This document shows, piece after piece, positions 1 to 12,710 of a stretch of DNA of 64,000 bases. Positions within the stretch are counted from its first letter, which is position 1; each line of letters starts with the position of its first letter. The position numbers and the translations under genes are program-made. The notes under the pieces were generated by a model. That model did not search any database and was not told the DNA's origin. It worked only from the letters and a program-made list of their open reading frames with translations. Source of the DNA: Hemiscyllium ocellatum (lineage: Eukaryota); assembly GCF_020745735.1 (NCBI RefSeq), contig NC_083422.1, forward strand, positions 21,142,001-21,206,000. Direction: 5' to 3'.

Positions 1-1436
1 TTCTTTTTCCTTAGATCTGCCAGACTTGTTGATTTGTTCCAGCATTCTCTGTTTTAACTGAGGACCCAGCACTGATTCCTGTAGCACACAACTTGTTAAA
101 TCTTGCCAACCAGAAAATGACCCATTTATGGCTATTCTTTGGATCATGTTAACTAGCCAATCATCTATTCATGCCAATATGTTATTCCTATATGTTGACC
201 TTTTTATTTCCAGCAAGAACCACCTTATCAAATGGTCTGAGTATCAAGATATAGTATAAAAACACATTTTTCTTTCTCATGTATTGCTTCCAGAAAAACT
301 CCAATAAATCTGTTAAACATGAAATCCCTTTTGCAGAACAATGTTGACTCTGCCTGATCACCTTAAACTTTTCAAAATGCCCTGCTCTAATGCCTTTTAG
401 TAAAAGCTTTTAACATTTTCCCTTTGACAGGTGATAAGCTAACTAGCCTGTCATTTTCTACTTTCTGTCTCTCTCTCCTTTCTTGAATGACAGTGTTATA
501 CTATTTTCGAATGCAAAGGCACCTTCTGCAAATGAAAGGAAATTTTAAAAAATTAAAACTTACACATCAACTTTCTCACTTGTCACTAGATTTTATGATA
601 AAATCTATCAGGACTTGTGGATTTGTCAGCCCACAACACTAATTTTTACAATTAGTGAGTACCCATCAACTGCTGATTGTAATTCTATTGCGTTCACCCC
701 CTCCTTCCATTTCTTGAATTGGAGCTTTTTTGGGGGTGTTATTTACATCCTGTATCATGAAGTAAAATATCTTTTCAATTCATCTGCTATCTCCTTCCCC
801 TTTTTAATCTCCTAGGCTTGCATACTGTGGGACCAATGCTCACTTGTTAACATTTCTTCTTTAAGTATATATCGAAATTCTTAATATCCATTGTTATATT
901 TCTAGTTGTTATTCTCTAGTACTCTGTTTCTCTCCTTATTAATCTTTTACTCAATCTTTGCTTTCAGTTTTTATATTCTGCCCAATCTCTGACCTGTCAA
1001 CTATCTTTGCACAATTATGTTTGTCTTCAAGTCTGATCTTATCCTTTGTTTTTCTTTTAGTTAACCGCGATGGAGTATCCACACTTAGATGTTTTATTTC
1101 TTGTTGGAATATACCTATTCTGTGCAATCTGGAATATCCCTTAAGTTTCTGTTTGCTTCTCTACAGATTATCCCTAAATCCAAATTGTCAGTTCATGTTA
1201 GCTACCTTTCATGCCTTCATAATTGCCTCAAATACTAATCTTGGACCTTTCCTTTTCGCCTCCAATCTGAGTGTAAAATTCCATCCTATTATCAATGCTG
1301 CTGCTGTGCACTACCTTCACTAAAGTCATAAATTCATCCTATCTCATTGAGCAATACCAGGTCTAATATAATTTACTTCCTTATTGGCTCTGTTGTTAAA
1401 TCTGTTATTTTTGTATCCACTGTGCTAAGTAACTGA

Positions 1437-1998
1437 TTGTATTTACATCTAACACTCTTGGAGTATTGTGTTCAGTTTTGGTCACCTTGCTACAGGAAGG
1501 ATGTTATTAAACTGGGAAGAGTGCAGAAGAAATTTACAAGAATGTTGCCAGGACTCGATGGTCTGAGTTATAAGGAGAAGTTTGATAATCTAGGACTCCT
1601 TTCTAAAGAGCGTAGGAGACTGAGGGGGGATCTTTTGAAGCTAATAAGATCATGACAGGCCTGGATAGGGTGAATGTACTCAGTCATTTTCCCAGGGTTG
1701 GGGAGTCGAGGACTAGAGGACATCAGTTTAAGGTTAGAGGGGAAAGAATTAAAGGGAACCTAAGAGGCATCGTTTTACACAGTGGGTAGTAAGCACATGG
1801 AATGAGCTGCCAGTAGAAGTAATTGAGGTGGGTACATTGACAACATTTAAAAGGCATTTGGACAAATACATGGGTAGAATAGGGTTTAGAAGGATATGGA
1901 CCAAGTGCAAGGAAATAGGGTTAGTGTGGATGGACATTTTGGTCAGCTTGAACTGGATTGGTGTGAAGGGCCAGTCTCCGTGCTGAGGACTCTATGAC
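1437..1998 (+). mobile_element. CR1-clade (HER1-like) LINE, 5'-truncated 3' end
   Basis: LEYCVQFWSPCYRKDVIKL...QKKFTRMLPG (CR1 RT C-terminus) followed by the 3' UTR and a gactctatgact tail. Confidence 0.9.
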
Positions 1999-2514
1999 TG
2001 TAATAACAAATTTAACAATTTATGGAATGAGAAAAAGCCATGAAGCTCTCTCCTCAATGAATGTGCAACTTTGCAGCAACTTTGCAGTCTCTGCTTAATT
2101 ATTTTCAGTTTCCTAAGACAGTTGGAGAGTGGGAGTAATCTATATGAGAGTATATCTCTCTGAAATTTCAGTCATATCCTAAAGCTTATTACATAATAAT
2201 AATCACTCAGAAAACTGCCTCAAGCTGTAAATGATTTTATCAAGATTGATGTTTACAAGTCCAATGGAACTTATTACATTGGTCAGTGTCTGTGGTAATC
2301 CTATTGAAAGACATTGATTACATGTTGTTTTGTACTAATGCAAACTCCACAACAAATCTGTCAGATGACACCATTGCACACTGCAAACCAGAAGAGATGG
2401 TCTACTTTAATTGCCAAAAGCAAAAAATATTCAAAGTTGTAACTGTGAGGGATGGGTTTTGGTATGCTAGATAAAGAATTAAGCCTCTTGGCTGTACTTC
2501 CAATATGATTTAGG

Positions 2515-2870
2515 AACATAGAAATAAGAACAAGAGTAGACCTTTCAGCTCCTTGAGCTTGTTCCACCATTCAACTATAGCATGGTAGATCTTCTGCCTC
2601 AGAATAATTTTACCATATTATCCCTATATATCTCGATACCTTTAATATCTAGAAGTATGTTGCTCTTTGTTTTGAATATGCAGAATAATTGAGTTTTGAC
2701 AACCCTCTCAAGTAGACAATTACAAAGATTCAACACCTCACGCTGTACATCTCTATGACTCTATGACTCTGAGTGGAAAAATTACTTACCATCTCAGTCA
2801 CCTCATATTTTGAGATTTTCTCCCCTGGTTCTATTGACATCAGTCAGGGGAGACATCTTTCATCTACCCT
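2515..2870 (-). mobile_element. Old CR1 3' end, with a 30 bp HER1-like tail (2741-2770, +) inserted
   Basis: Antisense CR1 3' UTR. The insert cgctgtacatctctatgactctatgactct matches the HER1-like tail at about 32980-33006. Confidence 0.6.
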
Positions 2871-2989
2871 GTCAACTATACAGGTGGTTTGAAAGTGACG
2901 TATTAGACTATAGTAGAGATGGCAATCCAAGAACCCAATCCATGGAATAGAGTTATTGCACCAAGGTATAAATTTAATATTACCAACAT

Positions 2990-5290
2990 TAATTTTAATG
3001 TTCTTTAATTTTAAAATAGTTATGGAGAGGGACAAAACTAGTTCACAGATTCAAGATCTAAATTGGGGCAAGGCAAATTTTGAATGAATTAGACAGGAGC
3101 TTGCAGGAATTGATTGGAATAGTTAGTTTGCAGGCAAAGGGACCTCCGGCAAGTAGAAGGCCTTTAAAAGTGAGATAGCCAAAGTTCAAGGTCTAAATGT
3201 TCCTGTGATGGTGAAGGGCAAGGTTGACAGGAATAGAGAACCCTGGATGACAAAAGATATTGAGGCTTTGACCAGAAAAAGGAGGCATGGCTCAGGTACA
3301 AGCAGCTGGGATCAAGGGAATCCCTGGGTATTTATAGGGAATACAGGAGTTTTTGGAGAAGGAAATCAGGAGGGCAAAAAGGGAGCGTGAGATAGTCTTG
3401 GCTGAGAAGATTAGGGTTAATCCAAAAAAGTAATTTAAGTATGTTAAAGGAAAAAGAATAACTAGAGAGAGTATAGGGCCCCTCAAGGACCAAAATAGAC
3501 ATGTATGTGTGAAACCGCAGGTGTTTACCATGGAGAAAGACATGAAGACTAGGGAACTTGGGCAAGTTTGTGATGATGCCTTGGGGGCATTCCATATCAC
3601 AGTAAAACAGGTGTTTGATGTATTAGAATGTATGAGGGTGGATAAATCCTGACCAATTATATATATGTGAACACTGCAAGAGGCTAGAGAAGAAATTACA
3701 GGGGCCCTGGCTGATATTTTTGCATCATCGTTAGTCACGGGTGAGGTCCCAGATGACTGGAGGGTAGCAAGTGTTGTGGCCTTATTCAAGAAAGGCTGCA
3801 AAGGAACACATAGGAACTACAGACCAGTCAGCCTAATATCAGTGGTGGGGAAGTTACTTGAGAAGAGTCTGAGGAATAAGATATACATGCATTTGGAAAT
3901 ATAGGGTTTGATTCGGAATAGTCAACATTTTGTGAGTGGGAGATCATGTCACACAAATTGCAGAGTCTTGTATGTTTAATTATGATCACCCCTCATTCTT
4001 CTAAACTGTATTCAATAAAGGCAAACAATTGGACAGCATGGCGGTGCAGTGGTTCTTTGGTGAAGTGACCAGGAAGGTTGATGAGGGCAGGGTGGTAGAC
4101 TTAGTCTTTATGGATTTCACTAAGGCCTTTGGTAAGATTCCACATGGTAGGCTGCTCTGAAAGGTTAGATTGTGTGGAATCAAGGGTGAGCTGGCAAACT
4201 GGATACAAAATTGGCATGTTAGTAAGAAGTAGAAGGTACTAGTGGAAGGACACTTGTTGGATTGGAGGTGTGTGACTAGTGGAATCTCTCAGGGTCGGTG
4301 CTGGGTCCATTGCTGTTTGTTATCTACATCAATGATTTAGGTGAAAATGTACAAGGAATGATAAGTAAGTTTGCTGATGACATTAAAATAGGCAGCATCG
4401 TGGACAGTGAAGAAGGTTATTAGAAATTGCAGCAGGACCTTGATCAGCTGGGGAAGTGGGCCAGAAAATGGTAAATGGAGTATAATATAGATAGGTCTGA
4501 GGTCTTGCATTTTGGAAAGTCAAATCAAGATAGGTGAATGATAGGGCCTTAAGAAATATAGTGGAACAGCGGGATCTTGCAATTCAGGTTCACAATTCTC
4601 TGAAAGTGGAGTCACAGGTAGACGGAGCAGTAAAGAAGGCTTTTGGTGCATTGGCCTTCATCAGTCAGGGCATTGTTATAGAAGTTGGGAAGTTATGTTG
4701 CAGTTATACAGGATATTCATGAGGCTGCGCTTGGGGTATTGTGTTCAGTTTGGTCACCTTGTTATAGGAAGGATGTTACTAAACTGGAAAGAATGCAGAA
4801 GAAGTTTACAAGGATGTCGCTTGGACTCAATGGTCAAAGTTATAGGGAGGGGTTAGACAAGCTAGGAGATTTTTCTTTAGAGCATAGGAGACTGAGAAGG
4901 GACCTTATAGAGGTGGACAAGATCATGAGAGGCATGGATAGATCAAATACACTCAGTCTTTTTCCCAGGGTTGGGGAATTGAGGACAGAGGGCATCAGTT
5001 TAAAGTTGGAGGGGTAAGAATAAAAGGGAACCTGAGGGGCAACTTTTTTACAGAGAGGGTGGTACACATTTGGGATGCACTGCCAGCAGAAGTGGTTGGA
5101 GAGGATACATTAACAAGATTTAAAGGCCCTTGTCATATACATGGATATGAAAGGATTAGAAGGATATGGGCCGAATGCAGGGAAATGGACTGAATGCAGG
5201 GAAATGGGATTAGTGTGGACGGACGTTTTGGTTGAGATGGAACAGATTGGGCCAAAGGGCTGTCTGTGCTGTAGGACTCTATGACTCTAT
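2990..5290 (+). mobile_element. CR1/HER1-like LINE, decayed (linker, RT, 3' UTR)
   Basis: NYRPVSL, MDFTKAFGK, GSVLGPLLF, KFADD-like and WSPCYRKDV segments with stops and frameshifts; ctatgactctat tail. Confidence 0.9.
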
Positions 5291-5684
5291 TACAAGAGAT
5301 GTAAATAAATGTTTCCTGCTGCTATTTTAATAAGGCATGTTAGAAAGGATGACAATGCGGTTACTGATCAATATTTGTTTATCAAAAACATTTGTGTGCT
5401 GCGATGTTTATAAGTACAGTTATCTGAGAATGAATTGACCAAAAGTAGGGGTTGCTTCTGAGAGCTGCAGAACCACAGATGCTCAGAAAGAGCTCACACA
5501 CTCCCAACCTTTGATAAATCAATCCCATTTTCTTTCACCACTATTTTTTACATGACACTTATTGAAATGTGTTTCTAATTGAATATCATGTTTCCAAAAA
5601 TCACCCTGGTAGTGGATATTTTAACAAGTAGCAGTTAGAACCTGAGAATGTTTAATCACTAAAATGGGACATATAGGACACAGT

Positions 5685-5790
5685 GAGAATGTCTGTATGG
5701 AGTTTGTGCAGTCACACTTGAGGTTAAAATTGAACCTGGGTCCCCAATGTTGTGGAGCAGTAATGCCAACCGTTGAACCACCATGCTGCC
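5685..5790 (-). mobile_element. HE1-like SINE head, part of a local inverted duplication of 6508-6656
   Basis: Reverse complement aligns with 6554-6656, including a shared micro-inversion and 5' flank. Confidence 0.8.
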
Positions 5791-6124
5791 CAATGTTATA
5801 CCTTTATTCAGGAGAGTTTAGAAGAATGTGGGGTGAGATATTATTAAACTGGAAAGAATGCAGAAGAAGTTTGCAAGGATGTTGCCTGGACTCAATGGTC
5901 AAAGTTATAGGGAGGGGTATACTAATGCAAACCTGCTTGGATCAAAACGTGAACTGTAGTTGGTAATTTCTTCAGTTGGGGCTTATTTGGTTCCTTTGCT
6001 TTATGGTTCTCAGGTGGAGTTTGTAATGTTAACATGATGCTCATAAATACAAAATCTGCATGGTTACAAGTAGAAGAAACTCCAGTGACCCCCTCAGTAC
6101 TCTGCCCAATGTGTTTGTCTATAG

Positions 6125-7900
6125 TAGAACAGAAGAATGTAAGAAATACGAGCAGGAAAAGACTGTTCAGCTCTTCATGCCTACCCTGTCATTCAGAAAG
6201 ATTATGGTTGATCTCCTCCCGGCCTCAAATCCACCATGTTTATAATCTCTTTGCGGTCCTCAACTTCTCGATTGCAGAAATCCATCTACATCCTCTTTAA
6301 ATACTTTAGGTGAACTAACCCCCACAACTCTTTGGTGTACAGCATATGCGGCATTCACTACACTCTGGGAGGACAAATTGATTTGCATCTCAATATCAAA
6401 TGAATGTCCCCTTGTTCAGTAACTATGTCCTCTAGTTTGAGATTCCCTCACTGGAGGAAGCATCTACCTTGTCAAGCTCCTTCAGAGTCTTGTACGTTTA
6501 ATTATGATCGCTCCTCATTCTTCTATACTCTACTGAATAAAGGAATAACATTTGGCAGCATGATCGCACAATGGTTGGCATTACTGCTGCACAACACTGG
6601 GGACCCAGGTTCAATTTTAACCTCAGGTGACTGCATAAACTCCATATAGACTTTCTCCTTGTGTCCATGTGGGTTTCTACTGTGTGTTCTGGTTTCCTTC
6701 CAAAGATGTGTAGGTTACATAGATAGGCCATGCTAAATTCCCCTGTAGTATCCAGGGATGTGCAAGCAAGGTGGGTTAATCATGGGAAATGTGGGGTTTA
6801 GGGAATGGGGGAGAGGTGTGTGAGATTCTCTTCAGAGGTTAATGTAGATTTGATGGGCTGAATGGTCTCCATCTGTGCTGTAGGAATTGTATGATTCTAA
6901 TCTTTCATTCCAGGAATAAGCTTTGTGAACTATTGAACTGCCTTCATTGCCAATATATCTGCTTTTTTAAAGCATGGAGGCCAAATGAGTACAGTACTCC
7001 AAATGCAGGTTCACCAGCATGCTATACAGTTGTAATAAGTCTTCCTTCATTTTAAACTTCAACCATTTTGAAATAAAAGTCAAAGTTCCATTTGTCTTCT
7101 TATTTGAATTTGGATAAATTACACTCTTGCCCCCTCCTCTAGGTCATTAATAAATGTAGGAAATAATTCAGCCCCCAGACATAATCCTAGTGTCCTTCTC
7201 TAGTTACATGTTTTCAACTTGAAAAAGATGTATTAGTACTGACTCTGTCTCTGTATATGAACCAGTCTTCAATGTTTGCAAATACATTACCACCAATACT
7301 GTGAATTCTTATCTTGTTCAATAACCCTTTTATGTTGCACCTTACTGAAATCCCAATATTGCACACCTACTAGTTACCCTTTATCAATTCCACTTATTAT
7401 TTCTTCAATGAACTTTAGTAAATTTGCCAAACATGATTTCCCTTTTCACAAAACCATGTTGACTCATTTTTATTTCTAAACGTCCTGCAATTTCTTCCTT
7501 AATAAAAGACTCTAACATTATCCCAATGACAGATGTTAGATTGCCTGGCCTTTAGTTTTTTGTTTTGTGTCTTTGTTCCTTCTTGAACAGGGTGTCACAT
7601 TAACAGTTTTCCAATTTGCTGGAACAGTCTTAGAATCCAGTGAGTTCTTGAATATTTCAACGAAAGCCTTCATTATCTCTGCCACCACTTACTTTAAAAC
7701 CCTGCCATGCAGACCAACAGGTTCTAGTGGCTTGCCTGCCTTTCATCCCATTAGATTGTCAAATATTTCTCCCTCAAAATAGAGACAGTTACAAAATATT
7801 TTTTCCCAATATAACTTTGCTTATCTATTATCTTTGGGGTGTTTACAATGTCCTCCATCATAAAAACCAATACAAAACATTGCTTGATCTACAGTCATTT
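6125..7900 (-). mobile_element. Old CR1 LINE (antisense), interrupted by a SINE
   Basis: Antisense CR1 3' UTR at about 6125-6540 and RT-like segments (catgatttccctttcacaaaaccatg, inverted NYRP region) up to about 7900. Confidence 0.7.
6554..6899 (+). mobile_element. HE1-like V-SINE (older subfamily)
   Basis: tRNA-derived head with A/B-box-like motifs, V-SINE core (gtgggtttc...ggtttcc..cc..ccaaagatgtg) and CR1-like tail. Confidence 0.85.
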
Positions 7901-8179
7901 CTGATATAATGCGACAATCCCGTTCTCATGTAATCTCAGAAATTTGTGCAATAACCATGCCATTTAAGCTAATGGGGAAGGAATTGTGTTATGGCTAATA
8001 AAGGTACAGAAAGTTCATGTTTTACAAATAACTATCTAAATTCTTCAATTGCATTAAAGCCAATTCATGTTGAAGAAATAGGCATAATAACAGAACCAAC
8101 TATATCTGATATTTCACTGGTCAATTTCATTAACTTCACCGGTACAATGCCTAAGGATTCCACACTAATTTTAGCTACG

Positions 8180-9825
8180 ACTCATGCTTGTTAGATACTC
8201 ATACAGACTCTTGATTTTGTTTTTATATTTCTTGCCAATTTACTTTCATAATCATTTCCCTCCATTTTTAGTAGTTGTTCCTTAAAAAAGATTCCCAACC
8301 CTCCGGTCTACCACTAGTTTTCATCTCTCTGTATGCCTTAGCTTTTGATTGGATACTTGCCTTGACCACTTTTTTGGCAGCCACAGGTTGTTTATCCTTC
8401 TCATGGAGTGTTTTTTGTTTCGAATGGACTACATTTTTGCAGACCATCGTAAAATATCTGCATCTAATGCCATCCACTGCTAATCCATTGACTTTCCCAT
8501 TGTCTCTTTTATAGAGCAATAGAGATTCCAAGCACAGGGAAAAAAAAACCTTCGGCCCATCACTTCCATGCTGGTTAAAAACAGTCAGCTAACTATTTTA
8601 CTTCCATTTTCCAGCACTTGGCCCATATTCTTGTATGCCTTGCCAATGCAAGTGCTCATCTACATACTTCTTCTGAAACATTATGAGGTTTATTGCCTCT
8701 CACACCTTACTAACAGTGAATTCCAGATTCTTACCAGCTTCTGGGTGAAAATGTTGTAGCTCATATCTCCTCTCAATCTTCTGCCCTTTACTTTAAATCA
8801 ATGCCCCTGGTCATTGATTCTGCTACCAAGGGGAAAAGATTTTTACTGTCTACTCTGTCTGTGCTCCTCAATATTTTATATATCTCAATCTCATCCACTC
8901 TCAAACTCCTCTGCTCTAAGGGAAACAATCTTAATCTCTCAGTAACTGAAACTCTGCAGCCCAGGCAACATTCTGGTAAATCTCCTCTGCACCCTCTCTG
9001 GTGAGCTATTCTTCTGATTGCCCAGATTGTTGCTGCTTAGGGTTGGCCCTGAGATGGCCAATGGAGAGCTCTTGTTCAAAACCCTGAACCATCATTGCAC
9101 ACACTTCATCTCCTATGGTCTCTCATAGCCACAGGGAGCTCCAACAGCTCTTGCTGCTGGCCTCCGTACAGCTGACTTTCTGTGCCTCCTGAATACCTGC
9201 ATCTGTGTTGAGTTGATCATACCTTTGTCACAGAATGGATACAGGCACAGAAGAAGATCACTTAGCCTACTGTGTGTGTTCCTGCTCCCAGAGGGAGCAA
9301 TTCACCTAGAGCCGTACACTCTGTTTCCATGCTGTATGACTCTTCACTGCAACTAGTCCATACCGACAATAATCCCAAAGTAAACTTGTCTCGCCTGCCT
9401 GCACCTGGCCGATATCCCTCCAAATATTTCTTATTCATGTACTTATCCAAATGTCTTTAATATGTTGCAACTGTATTCACATCTTACCACTTCCTCTGGA
9501 AGTTCATTCCACACATGAACCACTATGTGTAAAAATAAATGCCCGTTATATCTTCATAAATCTTTCTCCTCTCACCTTAAAAATATTTCCCTGAGCCTTG
9601 AAATCCCTCAAGCTGGGGAAAAGGTATCTGTCATTCACCTTACCTCTATCCCTCATTATTTTATAAGCCTCTGTAAGGTCACCTCTCAAGCTCCAATGCT
9701 CCAGTGAGAAAAGTCCCAGCCTATCCAGCCTCTCCTTATCACTGAAACCCTCCATTCCTGGCAACATTCAGGTAAATCTCTTTAAACCCTCTCCAGCTTA
9801 ATAATATTCTTCCTATAACCTAGTG
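8180..9825 (-). mobile_element. Cluster of antisense CR1 fragments (about 8180-8520, 8530-9000 and 9310-9825)
   Basis: The minus-strand ORF 9546..9767 (MLPGMEGFSDKERLDRLGLFSLEHWSLRGDL) is the CR1 RT C-terminus; antisense 3' UTRs. 9000-9300 is unassigned. Confidence 0.7.
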
Positions 9826-9949
9826 TCAGTTTTTCACTTCCTTCCCCTTATCCTGCATGTTCTTCATTTTCAAATATGCCTCTTCATTTCTCTTGAATAC
9901 TTTGACCCTGCCTGCACCACACTCTCAGGCAGTGGCCAACATCAGAGCT

Positions 9950-10055
9950 GGAGATCAGAAACATGAATAGAAATTGTTGGAGAAACTCAGCAGGTTTGGT
10001 GACATCTGTGGGAGAGAAGGCAGAGTTAATATTTCAAGTCCCGTGACCTTTCCTC
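9950..10055 (-). mobile_element. Degenerate PLE 3' tail
   Basis: gctggagatcagaaac...ggagaaactcagcagg...gacatctgtgggagag resembles the antisense tail of the 13.4 kb family. Confidence 0.55.
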
Positions 10056-10276
10056 ACTTGCTGTAAGAATAATCTATTCCTCCTGTTGTCAATTTTTGTT
10101 TGCTTTATCTCAGATCTATGCCTTTTGTTTCTCAATTATTTCAACAATAGAACCAATTTGTCCCACTTCATTCATCCAGACTCCTCATGATTTTGAACAT
10201 GTCAATCAAACCTCCTCTCCAACTTTCTTCTCCAAGGAGAACAGTTATAGTTTCTCCAATCTATCTGCATAACTGA

Positions 10277-10592
10277 CATGATTTGGAGATGCTGGTATTG
10301 GACTGGGGTGTACAAAGTTAAAAATCACACAACACCAGGTTATAGTCCAACAGGTTTAATTGGAAGCACACTAGCTTTCAGAGCAACGCTCCTTCATCAG
10401 GTGATAGTGGAGGGCTCGATTGTAACACAGAATTTATAGCAAAAATTTACAGTGTGATGTAAATTTTTGCTATAAATTCTGTTTTACAATCGAGTCCTCC
10501 ATTATCACCTGATGAAGGAGCGTCGCTCCGAAAGCTAGTGCTTCCAATTAAACCTGTTGGACTATAACCTGATGTTGTGTGATTTTTAACTT
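10277..10592. mobile_element. Palindromic non-coding PLE-type insertion with two inverted hammerhead motifs
   Basis: Arms 10313-10451 and 10458-10594, 6 nt loop, 36 nt extra tail on the left arm, TSD tgcataactga (10266-10276 / 10593-10603). Confidence 0.9.
10506..10540 (+). ncRNA. Minimal type I hammerhead ribozyme motif
   Basis: cac-CTGATGA-A-ggagc(gtc)gctcc-GAAA-GC-TA-gtg. Core intact, palindromic AGCT stem III, predicted cleavage after A10537. An antisense twin lies at 10369-10403. Confidence 0.85.
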
Positions 10593-11155
10593 TGCATAAC
10601 TGAAGTTCCTTATCCCTGAAGCCATTGTCATGAATGTTATCTGCATCATCAGTAAGGCCTTCATATCATTCATAGAGTCATAGAGATTTTACAACATGGA
10701 AAAGGCCCTTTAGCCCATAATTTCCACTCTGGTCATTAAACATCCATCTATTTGAATCTCATTTTCAATCACTGGGCTGGAACCTTTTATGTTATAGCAA
10801 TTTTCAGTGTTCATCTCATTAATGTAGTTCCCAGAACCGTTATATTTTATACATGTTAAACACAACTTCCTTGATTTTATAATATGTGTTGCTAATGATT
10901 AAGCCCAGGATAATGTACACTTTATTAATCGTACTCTCAATCTGTTCTACCACCTTCATTGATTTATACACATATACATCCAGGTTCCTCAGCTCCTGTA
11001 CTCCCTTTAGAATTGTATATTTTGTTTCATATTGTCTCTTAGCATTGTTCCTACTAAAATGAAGAAATCACTCCACAATTCTCAGCCTCTACATTATGGA
11101 CTAATAAGCAATTCATCACCACCTACTTGAAGGCATTTAGAGTTGGGCAATAAAT

Positions 11156-11461
11156 GCGGCACAGTGGTTAGCACTGCTGCCTCACAGTGCCTGAGACCTG
11201 GGTTCAATTCCTGACTCAGGCAACTGACTGTGTGGAGTTTGCACGTTCTCCCTGTGTCTGCGTGGGTTTCTTCCGGGGGCTCCGGTTTCCTCCCACAGTC
11301 CAAAGATGTGCAGGTCAGGTGAATTGGCCATGCTAAATTGTCCGTAGTGTTAGGTAAGGGGTAAATATAGGGGTATGGGTGGGTTGCGCTTCAGCGGGTC
11401 GGTGTGGACTTGTTAGGCCGAAGGGCCTGTTTCCACACTGTAAGTAATCTAATCTAATCTA
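11156..11461 (+). mobile_element. HE1-like V-SINE, near full length
   Basis: tRNA head (cagtggttagc...gggttcaattcc), V-SINE core tgtgtggagtttgcacgttctccc..., HER1-like tail and (aatct)n end. Confidence 0.93.
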
Positions 11462-11756
11462 AATATTAATTTAGCTAGTGATGCCCAAATCCCATGAATG
11501 AGTGTGAAAAAACCCTCTGCCTTATCAATTGTAAACCCCTCAATTGGCTAAAGAATCTCCATCTTCACCATAATCTGTGTAGTACCTTTTGTCTTGGTGA
11601 AGGCAGATGCAAGCTATTCAATTTGTTGTCTCAGCCATGCTTTTGGCCCCATATATAAAATTTCCTTTTGAAGCCTAATCAGCGTCACTCCCTTCGTTTT
11701 TATAGAAGACTTTAAAGTGCCCTTTATGTTAACTGCCAGTTTATTTTCATATTCTC

Positions 11757-12710
11757 ATAGATTCGTAGAGTCATAGAGATGTACAGCATGGAAACAGACC
11801 CTTCGGTCCAACTCATCCATGCCGACCAGATATCCCAACCCAATCTACTCCCAACTGCCAGCACCCGGCCCATATCCCTACAAACCCTTTCTATTCATAA
11901 ACCCATCCAAATGCCTCTTAAATGTTGCAATTGTACCAACCTCCACCACTTCCTCTGACACCTCATTCCATACACGTACCACTCCCTGCATGAAAAAGTT
12001 GACCCTTAGGTCTCTTTTATATCTTTCCCCTCTCACCCTAAACCTATGCCCTCTATTCTGGACTCCCTGACCCCAGGGAAAAGACTTTGTCTATTTACCC
12101 TATCCATGCCCCTCATAATTTTGTAAACCTCTATAAGGTCACCCCTCAGCCTCTGACACTCCAGGGAAAACAGCCCCAGCCTGTTCAGCCTCTCCCTATA
12201 GCTCAAATCCTCCAACCCTGGCAACATCCTTATAGATCTTTTCTGAACCCTTTCAAGTTTCACAACATCTTTCCAATAGGAAGGAGACCAGAATTGCATG
12301 CAATATTCCAACACTGGCCTAACCAATGTCCTGTACAGCCGCAACATGATCTCCCAACTCCTGTACCAATAAAGGAAAGCATACCAAATGCCTTCTTCAC
12401 TATCCTATCTAACTGCGACTCCACTTTCAAGGAGCTATGAAGCTACACTCCAAGGTCTCTTTGTTCAGCAACACTCCCTAGCACTTTACCATTAGGTGTA
12501 TAAGTCCTGCTAAGGTTTGCTTTCCCAAAATTCAGCACCTCACATTTATCTGAATTAAACTCCATCTGCCACTTCTCAGCCCATTGGTCCATCTGATCGA
12601 GATCCTGTTGTAATCTAAGGTAACTCTCTTCGCTGTCCACTCCACCTCCAATTTTGGTGTCATCTACAAACTTACCAACTGTATCTCTTATGCTCGCATC
12701 CAAATCGTTC
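11757..12710 (-). mobile_element. HER1-like CR1 LINE, 5'-truncated
   Basis: Minus-strand ORFs 12033..12347 and part of 12443..12826 encode the RT C-terminus (NDLDASIRDTVGKFVDD). (tcatagag) tail; TSD attctc (11751-11756 / 12711-12716). Confidence 0.92.

Noticed and set aside
5173-5207. Short tandem duplication (gaatgcagggaaatgg x2) in a CR1 3' UTR
   Set aside because: Ordinary slippage duplication.
5800-5830. GEFRR in ORF 5664..5966 as the end of TdT exon 7 (GGFRR)
   Set aside because: There is no donor after it, the upstream sequence is an antisense SINE, and the segment belongs to the local inverted duplication.
10277-10592. Palindromes interpreted as MITEs or DNA transposons
   Set aside because: TSD length varies (10-17 bp), the termini are asymmetric, and the arms match PLE 3' tails with hammerheads.
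11156-11230. tRNA genes
   Set aside because: All A/B-box hits are SINE heads continuing into V-SINE cores; none gives a complete cloverleaf.
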